From: Octopus bimaculoides
Taxonomy: Eukaryota
NCBI RefSeq assembly: GCF_001194135.2
Contig: NC_068996.1
Span: 25,536,166 to 25,586,979, forward strand
DNA: 50,814 nucleotides
Direction of reading: 5' to 3'
This document shows positions 10,186-23,191 of the stretch, piece after piece. The translations under genes were made by a program, and so were the position numbers. The first letter of the stretch is position 1. Every line of letters begins with the position of its first letter. The notes under the pieces are model-generated. The model was given only the letters and a program-made list of their open reading frames with translations, did no database searches and had not been told where the DNA came from.

Positions 10186-10479
10186 CTACATTAGAGTGCC
10201 ATAAGAATGAGATTTGACTGCTATTTCTGACAGGTCAAGCAATGAGAGATTCAGCCTTAAGACTGTACTCTTTATAGAAGTCATTATAGTTGTTGTTCTT
10301 GTTGTCTGTCTTGTTTTTTGTTACAAAAGTTCACTTTCTCTTGATAGCATGAAACAGGAAGAAAAGATAAGCATCAATTATCTTAGTTTTTTTTAATCTC
10401 AAAGTTTCAATTGCAAATAATTGAGGGTCATTAAGAGTTTAATAAATATCATTCTATCAATTGTATATGTGTGTACGGA

Positions 10480-10635
10480 TGGCTGCGAAACACAGGCTTG
10501 ATTGTGTAGGTAAGAAATTTGGTTTCCAACCATATGGCTCTAGGTTTAGTCCCACTGCCTGGCATCTTGGGCAAGTGTCTTCTACTATAGTCCTTGGTGG
10601 ATTTGGGTGATAGAAATTGACAGAAGACCATCATA
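10480..10635 (-). mobile_element. SINE family 1, 5' half (plus-strand text reads the family head)
   Basis: gtgtaggtaagaaatttggtttccaaccatatgg...ggcatcttgggcaagtgtcttctactatag; the orientation call is approximate. Confidence 0.6.
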
Positions 10636-10787
10636 TGTATGTATGTAAGTATGTATGTATGTATGTATGTATGTATGTATGTATGTATGTATGTATGTAT
10701 GTATGTGTGTGTGTGTATGTATGTATGTATGTATGTATGTATGTGTGTGTGTATATGTATGAATGTATGTGAACATGTATGTATGTA

Positions 10788-10822
<35 letters not shown>

Positions 10823-11441
10823 ATGTATGTATGTATGTATGTATGTATGANNNNNNNNNNNNNNNNNNNNNNNNNNNNNNNNNNNNNNNNNNNNNNNNNN
10901 NNNNNNNNNNNNNNNNNNNNNNNNNNNNNNNNNNNNNNNNNNNNNNNNNNNNNNNNNNNNNNNNNNNNNNNNNNNNNNNNNNNNNNNNNNNNNNNNNNNN
11001 NNNNNNNNNNNNNNNNNNNNNNNNNNNNNNNNNNNNNNNNNNNNNNNNNNNNNNNNNNNNNNNNNNNNNNNNNNNNNNNNNNNNNNNNNNNNNNNNNNNN
11101 NNNNNNNNNNNNNNNNNNNNNNNNNNNNNNNNNNNNNNNNNNNNNNNNNNNNNNNNNNNNNNNNNNNNNNNNNNNNNNNNNNNNNNNNNNNNNNNNNNNN
11201 NNNNNNNNNNNNNNNNNNNNNNNNNNNNNNNNNNNNNNNNNNNNNNNNNNNNNNNNNNNNNNNNNNNNNNNNNNNNNNNNNNNNNNNNNNNNNNNNNNNN
11301 NNNNNNNNNNNNNNNNNNNNNNNNNNNNNNNNNNNNNNNNNNNNNNNNNNNNNNNNNNNNNNNNNNNNNNNNNNNNNNNNNNNNNNNNNNNNNNNNNNNN
11401 NNNNNNNNNNNNNNNNNNNNNNNNNNNNNNNNNNNNNNNNN

Positions 11442-11920
11442 TGCTTTGATGATCATGGAGCTTTCTAGTAACATGTCCATGCCTGATCTTCTGCTCATAT
11501 AGGCTCATCCTTTCATCTGATGATATGTTGCAGTAGAGTCATGCAATTTATTTTGGCATGTACTCTAGGTTAACAGATAAAGAGTGTTGCTCAAGGAGCT
11601 GCCTTCCAAGTCTTATGGTATGTATGTATGTATGTATGTGTGTGTATGTGTGTGTGTGTATACGTATGAATGTATGTAAACATGTATGTATGTATGTACG
11701 TACGTATGTATGTTTGTATGTATGTATGTATGTATGTATGTATGTATGGATGTATGTATGTATGTACGTACATATGTCTGTATGCATGTTCCTCAGGACC
11801 TGTTTGTCTGGAGTTTTTAAGGTCCAGCCAACATTCAGAATGTGTCTCAGACATCTTTGATGTAAGCATTCAAGGACCTTTACATGACGTTTGTGAAGGG
11901 AGATGAAATGGTCTGGCCAT
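11442..11920 (-). pseudogene. RTE/BovB-like RT C-terminal fragment interrupted by (TATG)n
   Basis: HKRHVKVLECLHQRCLRHILNVGW...KQVLRNM in ORF 11548..11952. Confidence 0.75.
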
Positions 11921-12095
11921 ATTGTTTTAATGGTAGATGAATGCACACCCAAAAAGCTGTTTTACGGCGAGCTTGCAGAGGGGAAACACAATCAGTGTAA
12001 ATCTAAAAAGAGATTTTAGGATGGCTCAAGGACTACCATGAAGTCACTTGGAATGCAAAAGCCATAGAAACCCTTGCTTCAGATCAAGCTGGATG
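11915..12095 (+). pseudogene. RTE/BovB-like C-terminal fragment, opposite orientation
   Basis: HIVLMVDECTPKKLFYGELAEGKHNQCKSKKRF. Confidence 0.7.
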
Positions 12096-12142
12096 GTAAA
12101 CAAAAGTGTGTACATATGTATATATATGTGTGTATGTGTATG

Positions 12143-12219
<77 letters not shown>

Positions 12220-12240
12220 ACACACATACACACACACATA

Positions 12241-13481
12241 CAGGGCGCGATGGGTAAATTGTCGCCATTTCATATTTTTAACTTTGTGCATATGCATTGT
12301 TGTTCTTGATTTTGTTGACTACACAGTATAGTAGGGGCAGTTGAGCACCGTCTGTATGGAAAACAGCACCACGATGCAATTCACTCTGCCAGAAATTTGG
12401 AAATGACATGCTGTGCTGCTTAGAATTTGTGCTGGAAACTTCAATACAAATATTTCAGAGTGTTTGGGTGTCAATTTGAGGACATGTACTGAGTGTGATA
12501 AAAATCAAAGATCCAGTCAACATCATGGTGTTTGGAGTGATCACTAGTGATGGTGATGTTATGTCACTATTCATCTTCCCACACAACCTCAGACTCAATG
12601 CAGAAGTCTACATCAGTCTGAGTTTCTTAGCAGGCAGGTAGTGCATGAAGACATTTGGTATTCCTTATACAAGATGAAAAAGAGTCAATTTTTATCCTAA
12701 GCCATCAAGGACAAGAGAAAAGACTGTTACAAAGCTTTTGAACAAACTCAAGTATCCCCTCCAACTGAACATGCTTTGGTTTTTCTCAGATGAGAAAAAT
12801 TTCAGATGGTGAACATACAGAACAACTGTTGGCTTGCTGTGTCCCCAAAACATGTACTGAAAGTGATAAAAATCAAACAACCAGTCAAAATCATGGTGTT
12901 TGGAGTGATCACTAGTGATGGTGACGTTATGCCTCTATTCATCTTCCCACACGGCCTCAGACTCAACATGGAGGTTTACATCAAGTGCCTAGAGGAGGTA
13001 GTGCTGCCATGGATCAAGGGGCTGGCTGTTGGAAGATGCTATGTCTGGCAACAGGACTCTGCACCATGCCACACAAGCAGGAGAACCCAGTCATGGCTGA
13101 CAGACAAATTCTGTGACTACATCACCCCTAACATCTGGCCACCTAATTCCCCAGACTGGAACCCCCTTGATTAATATGTGTGGGGTGCAGTTGAGCGAGA
13201 AACCAACAAGACTCCTTGTAACACAAAAAATGAACTGAAGGCAAGGATTATTGCAGCATTCACCAATTTAAACAAGGAGACTGTCCTGAAGAGTTGCAGG
13301 AGATTCTGAAGTCGTCTGGAGACCATGGTTGAAGCCAATGGCGATTTTATTGAATAAATTTACTCTTTAGCATTTCAAGATATTTTTATGTAGTTTTGGT
13401 AAATATGTCTGTTAAAATGAGATGTTAGTGTTATTTTCCCTTTTGAATAATTTAGACAATACTATTTTCACTGCACCCCAG
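12241..13481 (+). mobile_element. Tc1/mariner DD37D (maT-type) transposon remnant, internally rearranged
   Basis: TA-flanked ends CAGGGCGCGATGGGTAAATTGTC and a degenerate TGCACCCCAG. Transposase has FSDEKNF, MVFGVITSDG and WQQD-37aa-PLD*YVWG. Confidence 0.85.
12660..13356 (+). pseudogene. DD37D transposase catalytic domain, with frameshifts and stops
   Basis: ORF 12806..13174 continues past the stop as YVWGAVERETNK...ELKARIIAAF...VEANGDFIE*. Confidence 0.85.
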
Positions 13482-13559
13482 TATATATTCATATATATGT
13501 TTATATTCATAAGCCTATATATATATAAACAATATATGAGTATATGCATATATATGTAC

Positions 13560-13835
13560 ATGTATGTACATACCTTCATCTACATGTACATATAGATACA
13601 TATCTGGGTACATGACGTTGCAAAAAAACATAGACAAAATGATAAACAAGGTACAAAAAACAAGCAGGCCACATAGAGAACATATCCTTCAGCAGCTGCC
13701 ACCATTAAAACACTGGCGTTTCGAAGAGTTAGGGCAGGACGCATCATTAAAATGGCTCTTCCCACAAACACAAATTAAATTTTTTTCGTGGAGGATAGTG
13801 GCGGACGGAAAACAAGACAGGAAAATGAAACGGTG
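13560..13835 (-). repeat. Dispersed repeat family A, copy 2 (more diverged)
   Basis: catatctgggtacat...gccacatagagaacat...ggcgtttcgaagagttagggcaggacgcatc...gtggcggac. Confidence 0.7.
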
Positions 13836-13892
13836 ATATATATATATATATATATATACATAAATATGTATATATATATGATGATGATATGG

Positions 13893-13939
<47 letters not shown>

Positions 13940-14789
13940 TATAAATAAATACACATACATACATTTATATCATATGCATACACACACATGCACACACACA
14001 CACACACTCACACACACACATGCAGACACACAATACCACACATGCGCGTGCTTGTGCACACACAAGGACAATATGAAATGCAAGATCTGTTCATTCCAGA
14101 ATTATATCCCTTGGATTGACTGGTGAAATCGAAAGCAAACCCTATAAGCTAGGCCAATGTGCCAAGAGTCTTCATTGCATGAGTATGTAAATGTATGCAG
14201 TTGAATGAGGGAGTGATGGGAGAGGGTGAGGGTGGGTGTGAGAGAGATAGTGAGGAAGGTGAGGAGGTAATTAGCTAGTTTGTGAAGGACAATTATATGT
14301 ATGCATGTATGTATAAGTGATGTGTGGAAGAAATGCGATAAAGTCACAGAAAGGGGGGGGAGTAAAGAGAGGGTGAGTGAGATGGAGTTGGAGGTAGGTA
14401 GATGAAGAGAGGCAGAAGGGAAGATAGGGTAACAACAACAACAACAACAACAATAATAATAATAATAATAATAGTAATAATAGTAATATGGCTAAGGATT
14501 GATTGGAGGGAAGAAAAGAGTAAGAGAATATGTAACAAGGGTTAAGTATGAGAAGAGATAAATGTAAGAGAGTATAAAAGTAACTCTCAAAATGTCAAAT
14601 TTACTGTCATTACTGTTAGGTGAAATTTGACCAATTAGTCAAAATATACTTCCATTCATGAGGACAAGGAGAAAAATTCCTGGATGAAGCGAATTCTTCA
14701 GGATAATTCTTTTCTCCACCTTACAGAAGATGCACCACCTACTGTTGATGTTATACGACACAGCTTTTCCTTTCAACAACTATATGTGC

Positions 14790-16990
14790 CTGTCTATTGA
14801 TGTGATATTAAACCTTTCTTAGATCCTAAAAGAAGACTTGTTCAGTCTGATCTTGAAAGAGCCTTCCATTTGCCATATCACTGTATACCTACATTGTCCT
14901 ACCATGGTTCTTCAATACTATTCCCACCTCATATTTGATGGTTTCTGAGTTACATTGCTACTTTTAGTGGGCATGTGGCATTACCTCTGAAAGTGTAGCC
15001 TGCATTAATTTTGAGTCTATTAACTTAAATTTGTTTCATATTGGGTGTTCAGCAAAAGGAAACTCTTGAGGTGTGCTTTTCAACATCTTCCTACATTTAT
15101 GTGCTAGAGGAAAATGTTTGTTGGGTAATCTAAAAAACAAGTATAACTTATTCAAATCATGACCATTAGTAACCAGGACAGTATTGTAGTAATAATGGAC
15201 TGACACATCAATGATATTTAGAAGGAGGTCTTTAGTCTGTCTTTCTCATTTGCTTCACAACTTGCTTGGATTCTTGAAAAGTAGGCTTCATGTTCATCTG
15301 CAGCTGAGGCGGATGATTTGGAATATTTCTCAGGAAGTCCTCAGCTGTGTTCAAGATTCTATTTAGACGGGTGGTGGAAAAATGTTTCTTCCAGCATAGG
15401 AGTATGTCCCATGGATCAGTTAGGATGTTTGTATTGTCAGCTATAAGAAGGGATCCAGTTTATGTTCATACTGGTTCAAATAGTTGTTTCATTCTAGCAT
15501 AGAAATTTATGAGTTCACATGCATCTGTCGTCGTCGTTTAAAGTCCGCTTTCCATGCTAGCATGGGTTGGAAGATTTGACTGAGGACTGGTGAAACCAGA
15601 TGGCTACACCAGGCTCCAATCTGATTTGGCAGAGTTTCTACAGCTGGATGCCCTTCCTAACGCCAACCACTCAGAGAGTGTAATGGGTGCTTTTACGTGT
15701 CACCCGCACGAAGGCCAGTCAGGCGGTACTGGCAACGGCGACGCTCAAAATGGTGCATTTCATGTGCCACCCGTACAAAAAAAAAAAAAAAGCCCTGAAA
15801 TTCAACTACTTTTTGTTGTCACCAAATGTTCTGTAGTTCTCTTAGTTTTTTTGACACTCCTGTTTTAGTTTCTGAAAATACTTCTTTTTGAGTATGGATC
15901 TTTGGTTTGTTCATGAGCCTGTTGAGCATGTTTTCTTTCCTCAATCAGGTTGATTGATTTCAAAAGTTTTCATCACACCAGTCCTGATTTTTGATCTTGG
16001 TGAAGCTGATGACAGTGTTTGGCATTTCTGCAACTCTTCATTCTTCATCAATAGACCAGTCATTAACTAGATTAGGACTAAGTTCCTGACTTATTTTGGC
16101 TTCAAAAGTGGTTGCAGTGTCAGAGTTCTGGAGTTTAGAAATGTCATATGATATGGTGGTTGCTGTTGCATTCTTGGTTTTTTACATAAGGAAATGCTTT
16201 TACATGTGGTAGCATTAATACTAGCAGTCATCAGCATAATGGCCCAATTCAGTGACAAGGACATCTCTTTTGTTGTGTTGCTGTATGATGGCATTGTCTA
16301 TCATTAGATGTGATTTCTGAGCCAGATAATGGTAGCAACTTCCAATGTTTAGACCACTTTTTCTAGGACCTTCTTCAATTGAGGTGGGCAGCAATATTTC
16401 TAGACAGGCCTGCCCAGATACAAATGCAGGACTGGACTCTTAATTGTCTTTAGATCTAAGTAGGGTGACCTCCAATGTGCAGGTTTAGGATGAGAATCTT
16501 CCAGTTTCACCAAAATCTGCTCTTGTCATCCATTCTCTATCATGGGCTTTGCAAAAGTTGGTTGATGATAAAAAAAAATCAGAATAGAAGAAAGTGATGA
16601 TGACTTGAATTTGTTTAAGGTGGACCTCAACTTGCCAGGAAGTGACCCACACACTTGGTTCCATGACCTTTGTCTGTAACACATATTGAATGAGATATGC
16701 AGGATGCAGTTTTAAAACTGCAATGGATTGCTGCTGCTCTGGTTATAGTTCTGAGTGGTGCCTTCTGTAGCTTACCAGTCATACATAGCCCTCTTCATAT
16801 ACTGGTTCAACCACTGAGATCGGTTGCAATCATTATCCATTTGTTCCATGATAGGGGTCTTCAGGGGTTGGTTGCACTTAGTCTAGATCCTTGTCTTCGA
16901 CCTTGCCACCAAGGGTGGCCTTTCAAGTGACTTAGGACTCTCGATAGAAGTGCTTTCAGAATCATGCAAGCCCCTCCATTATGACCAGGA
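14790..16990 (-). mobile_element. Highly decayed RTE/BovB-like LINE (5' UTR, endonuclease, linker, internally deleted RT, C-terminus)
   Basis: Minus translation NFYARMKQLF...NILTDPWDILLCWKKHF...NIPNHPP...PTFQE, LRELQNIW*QQK and GSKKGLISHQ match RTE ORF motifs. Confidence 0.7.
15525..15778 (-). mobile_element. RTE 3' UTR copy nested in the older LINE
   Basis: Close match to 25500-25733 and 42340-42565. Confidence 0.85.
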
Positions 16991-17006
16991 GTGACCGTCA
17001 GAGGGG

Positions 17007-17064
<58 letters not shown>

Positions 17065-17068
<4 letters not shown>

Positions 17069-19743
17069 GGTTATGACTTTTTGATTATTTTGGAGATAAA
17101 CAATTTCCTGTATCAAGTCAATGAACAATTTCATATAAGTAGGGAAAATAACCTTTATTTTAAGTTTATTTTAAAAAACCGTCACCCTCAACTGAAGAAA
17201 TCTAACACCACTTTTGACCCAAATCATGCAAAATGGTAGGGGATGGGTGTTTCATAATGCCTACACAAGGTTTTACCAAACTTGGTGCGCTGACTTAATG
17301 CAATGCAGAAGCAGTATATCTCAAATTTCAGCTTTCAAGTTTAAGGGTTACAGAGTTTTTAATTTGTTCTGACTTAGGCCCTACTTTAGGAAATATCATC
17401 TTCTTCACCTTTTTATTTCTGTGACACTAAAAACTCTGACTATATTAACTGTTTTTCAGAGTAGTAGGCTTATCTAACTGGAGTATCTAAAATAATGCCT
17501 CATAAGAGAAGTGTTTGTGTCAATCAAAGAAACAAAAAAATCTGCACGAAAAATCTCATGCAATTTCAAGACTCACATAGGAAAAGAAGACCTGTTCCTC
17601 TAGAAGAGCATTCTTTGGAAAACAACTGCAGGATACCAATGTAACTTCAAATTGTCGGTCACAACCTGTTCCTTGGAGGTACCATCAAAGCAAGGAAAGA
17701 AAGAACAAAGGAAATTTCAAAAGAAGTAACTTTTTTATAGCAAAAGAAATTAAATTTCCCATATTTATCAATTCAAAATGTACAAGCAAAAGTAGAAAAA
17801 GTGCTGAATAGCCTACGATAAATGTGTAAAATGAGGAAAATAGGATTCATGGAAAGGAATTTTTGACATCATAAAGGAAAAGAGTGAATGACTGCAGTGA
17901 GGATAGAAGGTTATATTATCTTCAAATTGAAAGCAAAGGACACATTGGGTATGCAACTGGAAATGAAGCCAATTCCAAAACTATCCATCAATCCAAAAGA
18001 AGAAAAGTGTCCTTAATTCCACTTCAACCAGAGCAACTTCAGTGTTATTGTCAACGTCTGAAGCAGAGACTGAAAGTGAATATCAAGAGTCTGAAAAATC
18101 AGTTGAAGAATCCACACAAACAAGGAGGAAGTATAGCAAAACTGGAACAGCAACCAAGTTAGTAATATCTTCCAAGTTATCAACCCAAAAAGCAGCAACA
18201 GTTTGTCGACAATTATCTCAAGATGGAATCAATGTCGAAACTTCTTCCCAATCTGGTATTTACAGATCAACAATCAAAGAAGCTGTTAAACTAAAAGAGA
18301 AAATGAAGAAAACACTACATTTAGAAAACTGGTCATTGCATTTTGATGGTAAACATATTGATGACCAAGAATATCAAGTGCTAGTTTTAAAGAATGAACA
18401 GAGAGAAGTTAAGTTAGAAGCACTCCAATTACCAAACGGAAAAGCCGATACAGTTGTGAAAGGAATAACAGCTGTTTTAGATGAATACAATTTATGGAAC
18501 TGTGTAAAAGATGATTGTTGCTGATACAACAAGTGTGAACACTAGGAAAAGAAATGGCATTATCATTCAGTTGCAAAGACTGTTTGTTCAAAAGGGTTTG
18601 AAAGAATTGCAATTTATTGGTTGTCAGCATCATATCCTTGATAGAACTCTTTGTGTTGTAATGGATAACAAACTTGGAGAAAAAAGTCATCTCCCAATAT
18701 TGAATATACATTTATCCCAGAGCTTCTAAGCAATTTCAACAGTGGTGAAGCAATTTCAGCAGGATGGTGAGATGACATGAAATTTCTATTTCATTTGACC
18801 AGAATTTTTTGTTTATTTGAAGAAACCAGAAAATTTCCTACAGTAAAGTTTCAAAAAATACCCAACTTAAGTAATGCAAGATGGAATTCTCAAGCAATAG
18901 TAGCTCATTTGGCATTTATTCTTCTACCAGAAAAGAAGAGTTTTGCTTCTCAATGTTTGTCAAATCATTTCTTACAGCTGTAAAAAACTCTGTAAAAAAC
19001 TTTTGAGTTGAGAACCAACAAAACTGGAAATTTCCAGGACAAATCAGAGTACAGAATGGGCAATCAAATGCCTTCAAGATCTTTATGATGTTAATTAAAA
19101 AGGAGGAGAAACTTCAGCTTCGATTTATTTTATCTAACAAAACATGTTAATTCTTTGTTACGTTTAAAAATTTGCTAACATTCAGCTCTCTTTTTCTTAT
19201 ACAGTTATTTAAAATTGGAAATAAACTATGAAGTTAAAAATATATATTGTTTTTAATCTTGTATGTTATTTGAATACTTGTAGTGGCCTCTGTCTTAAAA
19301 TAGCCTAGTTTTGAACCTTTGCATAGAGCAATTTCAATTCAGTAATCTCAAAAATGTATAAATACACTTTTATTTCACATCCCTCTTGCGTTTACAAGGA
19401 TTTAGGCAGCGGAAATACTGAAGTATGAATCTAGTGCCACCTAGTGATTATAGTTTTAAAAGCCCATAACTCTAAAACTACTTCAACTAGAAAGCTGAAA
19501 TTTTGGATGTACTATTTCTGCATTGCATTGAGTCAGCACACCAAGTTTGGTAAAAACTTGAACAGGCGTTATGAACCCCACTAGAATTTTACATGATTTG
19601 GGTCAAAAATGGTGACCGGTTTCTTAAGTTGGGGGTGACATTTTTTCAAATAAAGCAAAATAATGTTAGTTTCCCAATTTTTATGAAATTATTCATCGAA
19701 TTACAGTATAGGGTTACTAGGTTGTGAAAAAGTCATACCCCTA

Positions 19744-19744
<1 letters not shown>
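17065..19744 (+). mobile_element. hAT-superfamily DNA transposon (hATm-like), 2680 bp, with ~300-bp imperfect TIRs
   Basis: Termini TTAGGGTTATGACTTTTT / AAAAAGTCATACCCCTAA. 17065-17370 aligns with the reverse complement of 19440-19744. Confidence 0.85.
17497..19150 (+). pseudogene. hAT-type transposase, frameshifted
   Basis: SLHFDGK (first Asp), ADTTSVNT (second Asp), GCQHH (CxxH) and SNARWNS (RW motif) across ORFs 18042..18524, 18511..18729 and 18777..18983. Confidence 0.8.
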
Positions 19745-19775
<31 letters not shown>

Positions 19776-19961
19776 TCATAAATATATATACACACATATA
19801 TGTAAATTTGTGTGTGTATATGTGTTATATATACATGTATATATATATTAAAGGAAGAGTGAAACAAAACCAAAGCAGGACAAGCATATCAGATCATTTT
19901 AAAATATTTTAATTGATGTAAAGGTTAATCAAAAGTCAGGAAAAGTATATGTACTTATATG

Positions 19962-20000
<39 letters not shown>

Positions 20001-20184
20001 TACTTCACTCATGACATCCAAAAAGTGTAAAACAAATGTTCCTTTTACAAGTTGACTTTTAAAGACAACATCCATTCCAAATTTTGCTTTCATTTTCAAG
20101 ACCATTGGATTAGTTGATACTACTGGAGTTACCTCCCCTGACTGTTACTTTTAAATTTTAATTGCAACGATAATTTAATCAGCT

Positions 20185-20555
20185 ATCTTTTATCTTTTAC
20201 TACTTTTAGTCATTAGACTGTGGCCATGCACCACCTAGAGGAATTTTTAGTTGAATGTATCGACCCAATACTAATTTTATTTCAAAGTACTGGTTCTTAT
20301 TCTATTGATCTCTTTTGCTGAGTCACTATCTTACAGAGACATAAACATACCAACACTGGATGATAATGGTTGTCAAGTGGTGGTGGGGTGGCGATAAACA
20401 CATGCACAAAGAGACATACGCATAGGTATATATACATATATACGATGGGCTTCTTTCAGTTTCCATGTACTAAATTCACTCACAAAACTTTGGTATGCCT
20501 GAGGCTATAGTAGAAGACATCTGCCCAAGGTACCATGTAGTGGGATTGAACCTGC
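20185..20555 (-). mobile_element. SINE family 1, near full length
   Basis: Tail (ttttagtcattagactgtggccatgc) through head (gaagacatctgcccaaggtaccatg). Confidence 0.75.
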
Positions 20556-21115
20556 GCATATGTTAATTGAAGTTTTTTCAACTCACTGTATATATATATA
20601 TATGTGTGTAATGCACTACTGTGTATGTGTGTGTGTGCATCTTTCTCTCTCTCTTTCTCTCTATCTTTCTCTCTCTCTCTCTATCTCTTGCTCTCTCTCT
20701 CTCTATCTCTTGCTCTCTCTCTCTCTATCTCTTGCTCTCTCTCTCTCTATCTCTTGCTCTCTCTCTATCTCTTGCTCTCTCTCTAAATATATATATGTAT
20801 ATATATATATACACACACACATATATATACACATATATATATGTATACATATGCATACACACATATATATACACATATTCATACGTACACACATACACAC
20901 ACAGACACACACACAAATATACGAAGGTAGATAGATGGATAAATAGATATATCTAGATAGGTATACATATATATTTGTAAGTGTGTGTGTGTGTGTATAT
21001 GTGTGTGTGATTGTGTGTGTACATGTGTGTGTGTGTGTGTGTGTTTTATACATACTTACATACACACAACAAAGACATTCACATGCAGTATGCAGCAGAG
21101 CATCACATATGTCTG

Positions 21116-21177
<62 letters not shown>

Positions 21178-21217
21178 GAGAGAGTGAGAAAGAGAGAATA
21201 TATTTGTATTTCTATCA

Positions 21218-21264
<47 letters not shown>

Positions 21265-21784
21265 CATGTGTTGTCCTATGACTGTGTCAGTTGTGTGAAC
21301 AGAAGGGAAGGCTTACATGCTGTAGAGGAAAATTAAATTAAAACATGCATGATATAAGTATTACAAAAAACATCAATTGACAATATGTAATAAAAAGGTG
21401 TCTGATAAACAATTTGGAAGAGTAATTTGAAGGATAAAAGAGTTTTTAAAATTTTGTTAAAAAAAAAACATTTTATAATTTTTTTTATATTTCCATTTTA
21501 TAATTTTTTTGTCTTTTGTGTGTGAAAACTTAACCTACATATTTCAGATGAAGGTCAGGTTTTGTGAATAAATGTTTGTAGGATAAACAAAATGTCCATA
21601 TTACAGTGAGTTGAGTTGTAGCAATGGAGGCTATACTTTGTGTCTCCCTGGTTTTGGAATAGATACACTGTATCTCAGCAAGTCATATTGTAACGGGTGA
21701 CAAAAAGGGTTGGCAAAAAGTAGAGGCATCAGAAAGGTCCACCAACTCATACAAAAATGGAAAAGTGTTTTTGAAATGAAACAC

Positions 21785-21849
<65 letters not shown>

Positions 21850-22100
21850 GTGATGGTGGTGATGATGATGATAGTGATGATGATGACGACGACAAGGAAG
21901 AGGAGGATATTTGTAGTGGTGTTGATGGTGGTGGTGGTGTTAACGATGGCAGCAATAACAGTGATGATGAAAATAACTGTCACGAGCATGATGGTGGTGA
22001 TGGTAATGATGATGATGATGACAATGATGAGGACAATGATGATGGCGATGATAGTGACAACAATAATGATGACGATAATACAGTAGGTGACGATGATGTT
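21785..22100. repeat. (GAT/GGT)n tract
   Basis: Directly visible. Confidence 0.95.
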
Positions 22101-22167
22101 GATTTCCAGAGACAAGTAAAAGAAACAAACAATGCATCTAATACTTAATCTTCTTCAATATGAAAGG

Positions 22168-22198
<31 letters not shown>

Positions 22199-22783
22199 TA
22201 TATGTATCTNNNNNNNNNNNNNNNNNNNNNNNNNNNNNNNNNNNNNNNNNNNNNNNNNNNNNNNNNNNNNNNNNNNNNNNNNNNNNNNNNNNNNNNNNNN
22301 NNNNNNNNNNNNNNNNNNNNNNNNNNNNNNNNNNNNNNNNNNNNNNNNNNNNNNNNNNNNNNNNNNNNNNNNNNNNNNNNNNNNNNNNNNNNNNNNNNNN
22401 NNNNNNNNNNNNNNNNNNNNNNNNNNNNNNNNNNNNNNNNNNNNNNNNNNNNNNNNNNNNNNNNNNNNNNNNNNNNNNNNNNNNNNNNNNNNNNNNNNNN
22501 NNNNNNNNNNNNNNNNNNNNNNNNNNNNNNNNNNNNNNNNNNNNNNNNNNNNNNNNNNNNNNNNNNNNNNNNNNNNNNNNNNNNNNNNNNNNNNNNNNNN
22601 NNNNNNNNNNNNNNNNNNNNNNNNNNNNNNNNNNNNNNNNNNNNNNNNNNNNNNNNNNNNNNNNNNNNNNNNNNNNNNNNNNNNNNNNNNNNNNNNNNNN
22701 NNNNNNNNNNNNNNNNNNNNNNNNNNNNNNNNNNNNNNNNNNNNNNNNNNNNNNNNNNNNNNNNNNNNNNNNNNNNNNNNNNN

Positions 22784-22815
<32 letters not shown>

Positions 22816-23191
22816 CTCGTTCAGAGATTTAACATTGCTTGTTTTCACTTTTTCGAGATCAGTGAATAATTTCACTGGAAAAAGATATATGTATTTGCAT
22901 CGGGAAATCTTTCGCATTGAAGGTCGGTGATTGTCGTACGCTGAGGACGAGTAAATACCCAGAAACTCGAGTCCGTATGTATCGCAGATCAAGATGGGAA
23001 GGATGACTTCCCTTTGCAAATACAGACAGGACACAGATGTGTGTCAATAGCCAGCTGGAGGAGATGTTCTCCTGGGGCTAAAAGCAATAGTAACATCCAC
23101 CCTTAGGGGGCAGCCACATTTAAGTGGCAAATATACTTCACCTTGTCGTGCAGTTACTGTTAATACCTCGTTCAGAGATTTAACATTGCTT
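22816..23191 (+). mobile_element. Non-coding hammerhead-containing unit, 351-nt period, with 25-nt terminal direct repeats (retrozyme-like)
   Basis: CTCGTTCAGAGATTTAACATTGCTT at 22816-22840 and 23167-23191, (TA)n on both flanks, several hairpins and an internal hammerhead motif. Confidence 0.6.
22935..22979 (+). ncRNA. Type I hammerhead motif with palindromic stem III and imperfect stem II
   Basis: CGTACG-CTGAGGA-cgagtaaataccca-GAAA-CTCGAG-T-C-CGTATG: 6-bp stem I, ACTCGAGT palindrome, GUC site at 22971-22973. Confidence 0.7.
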
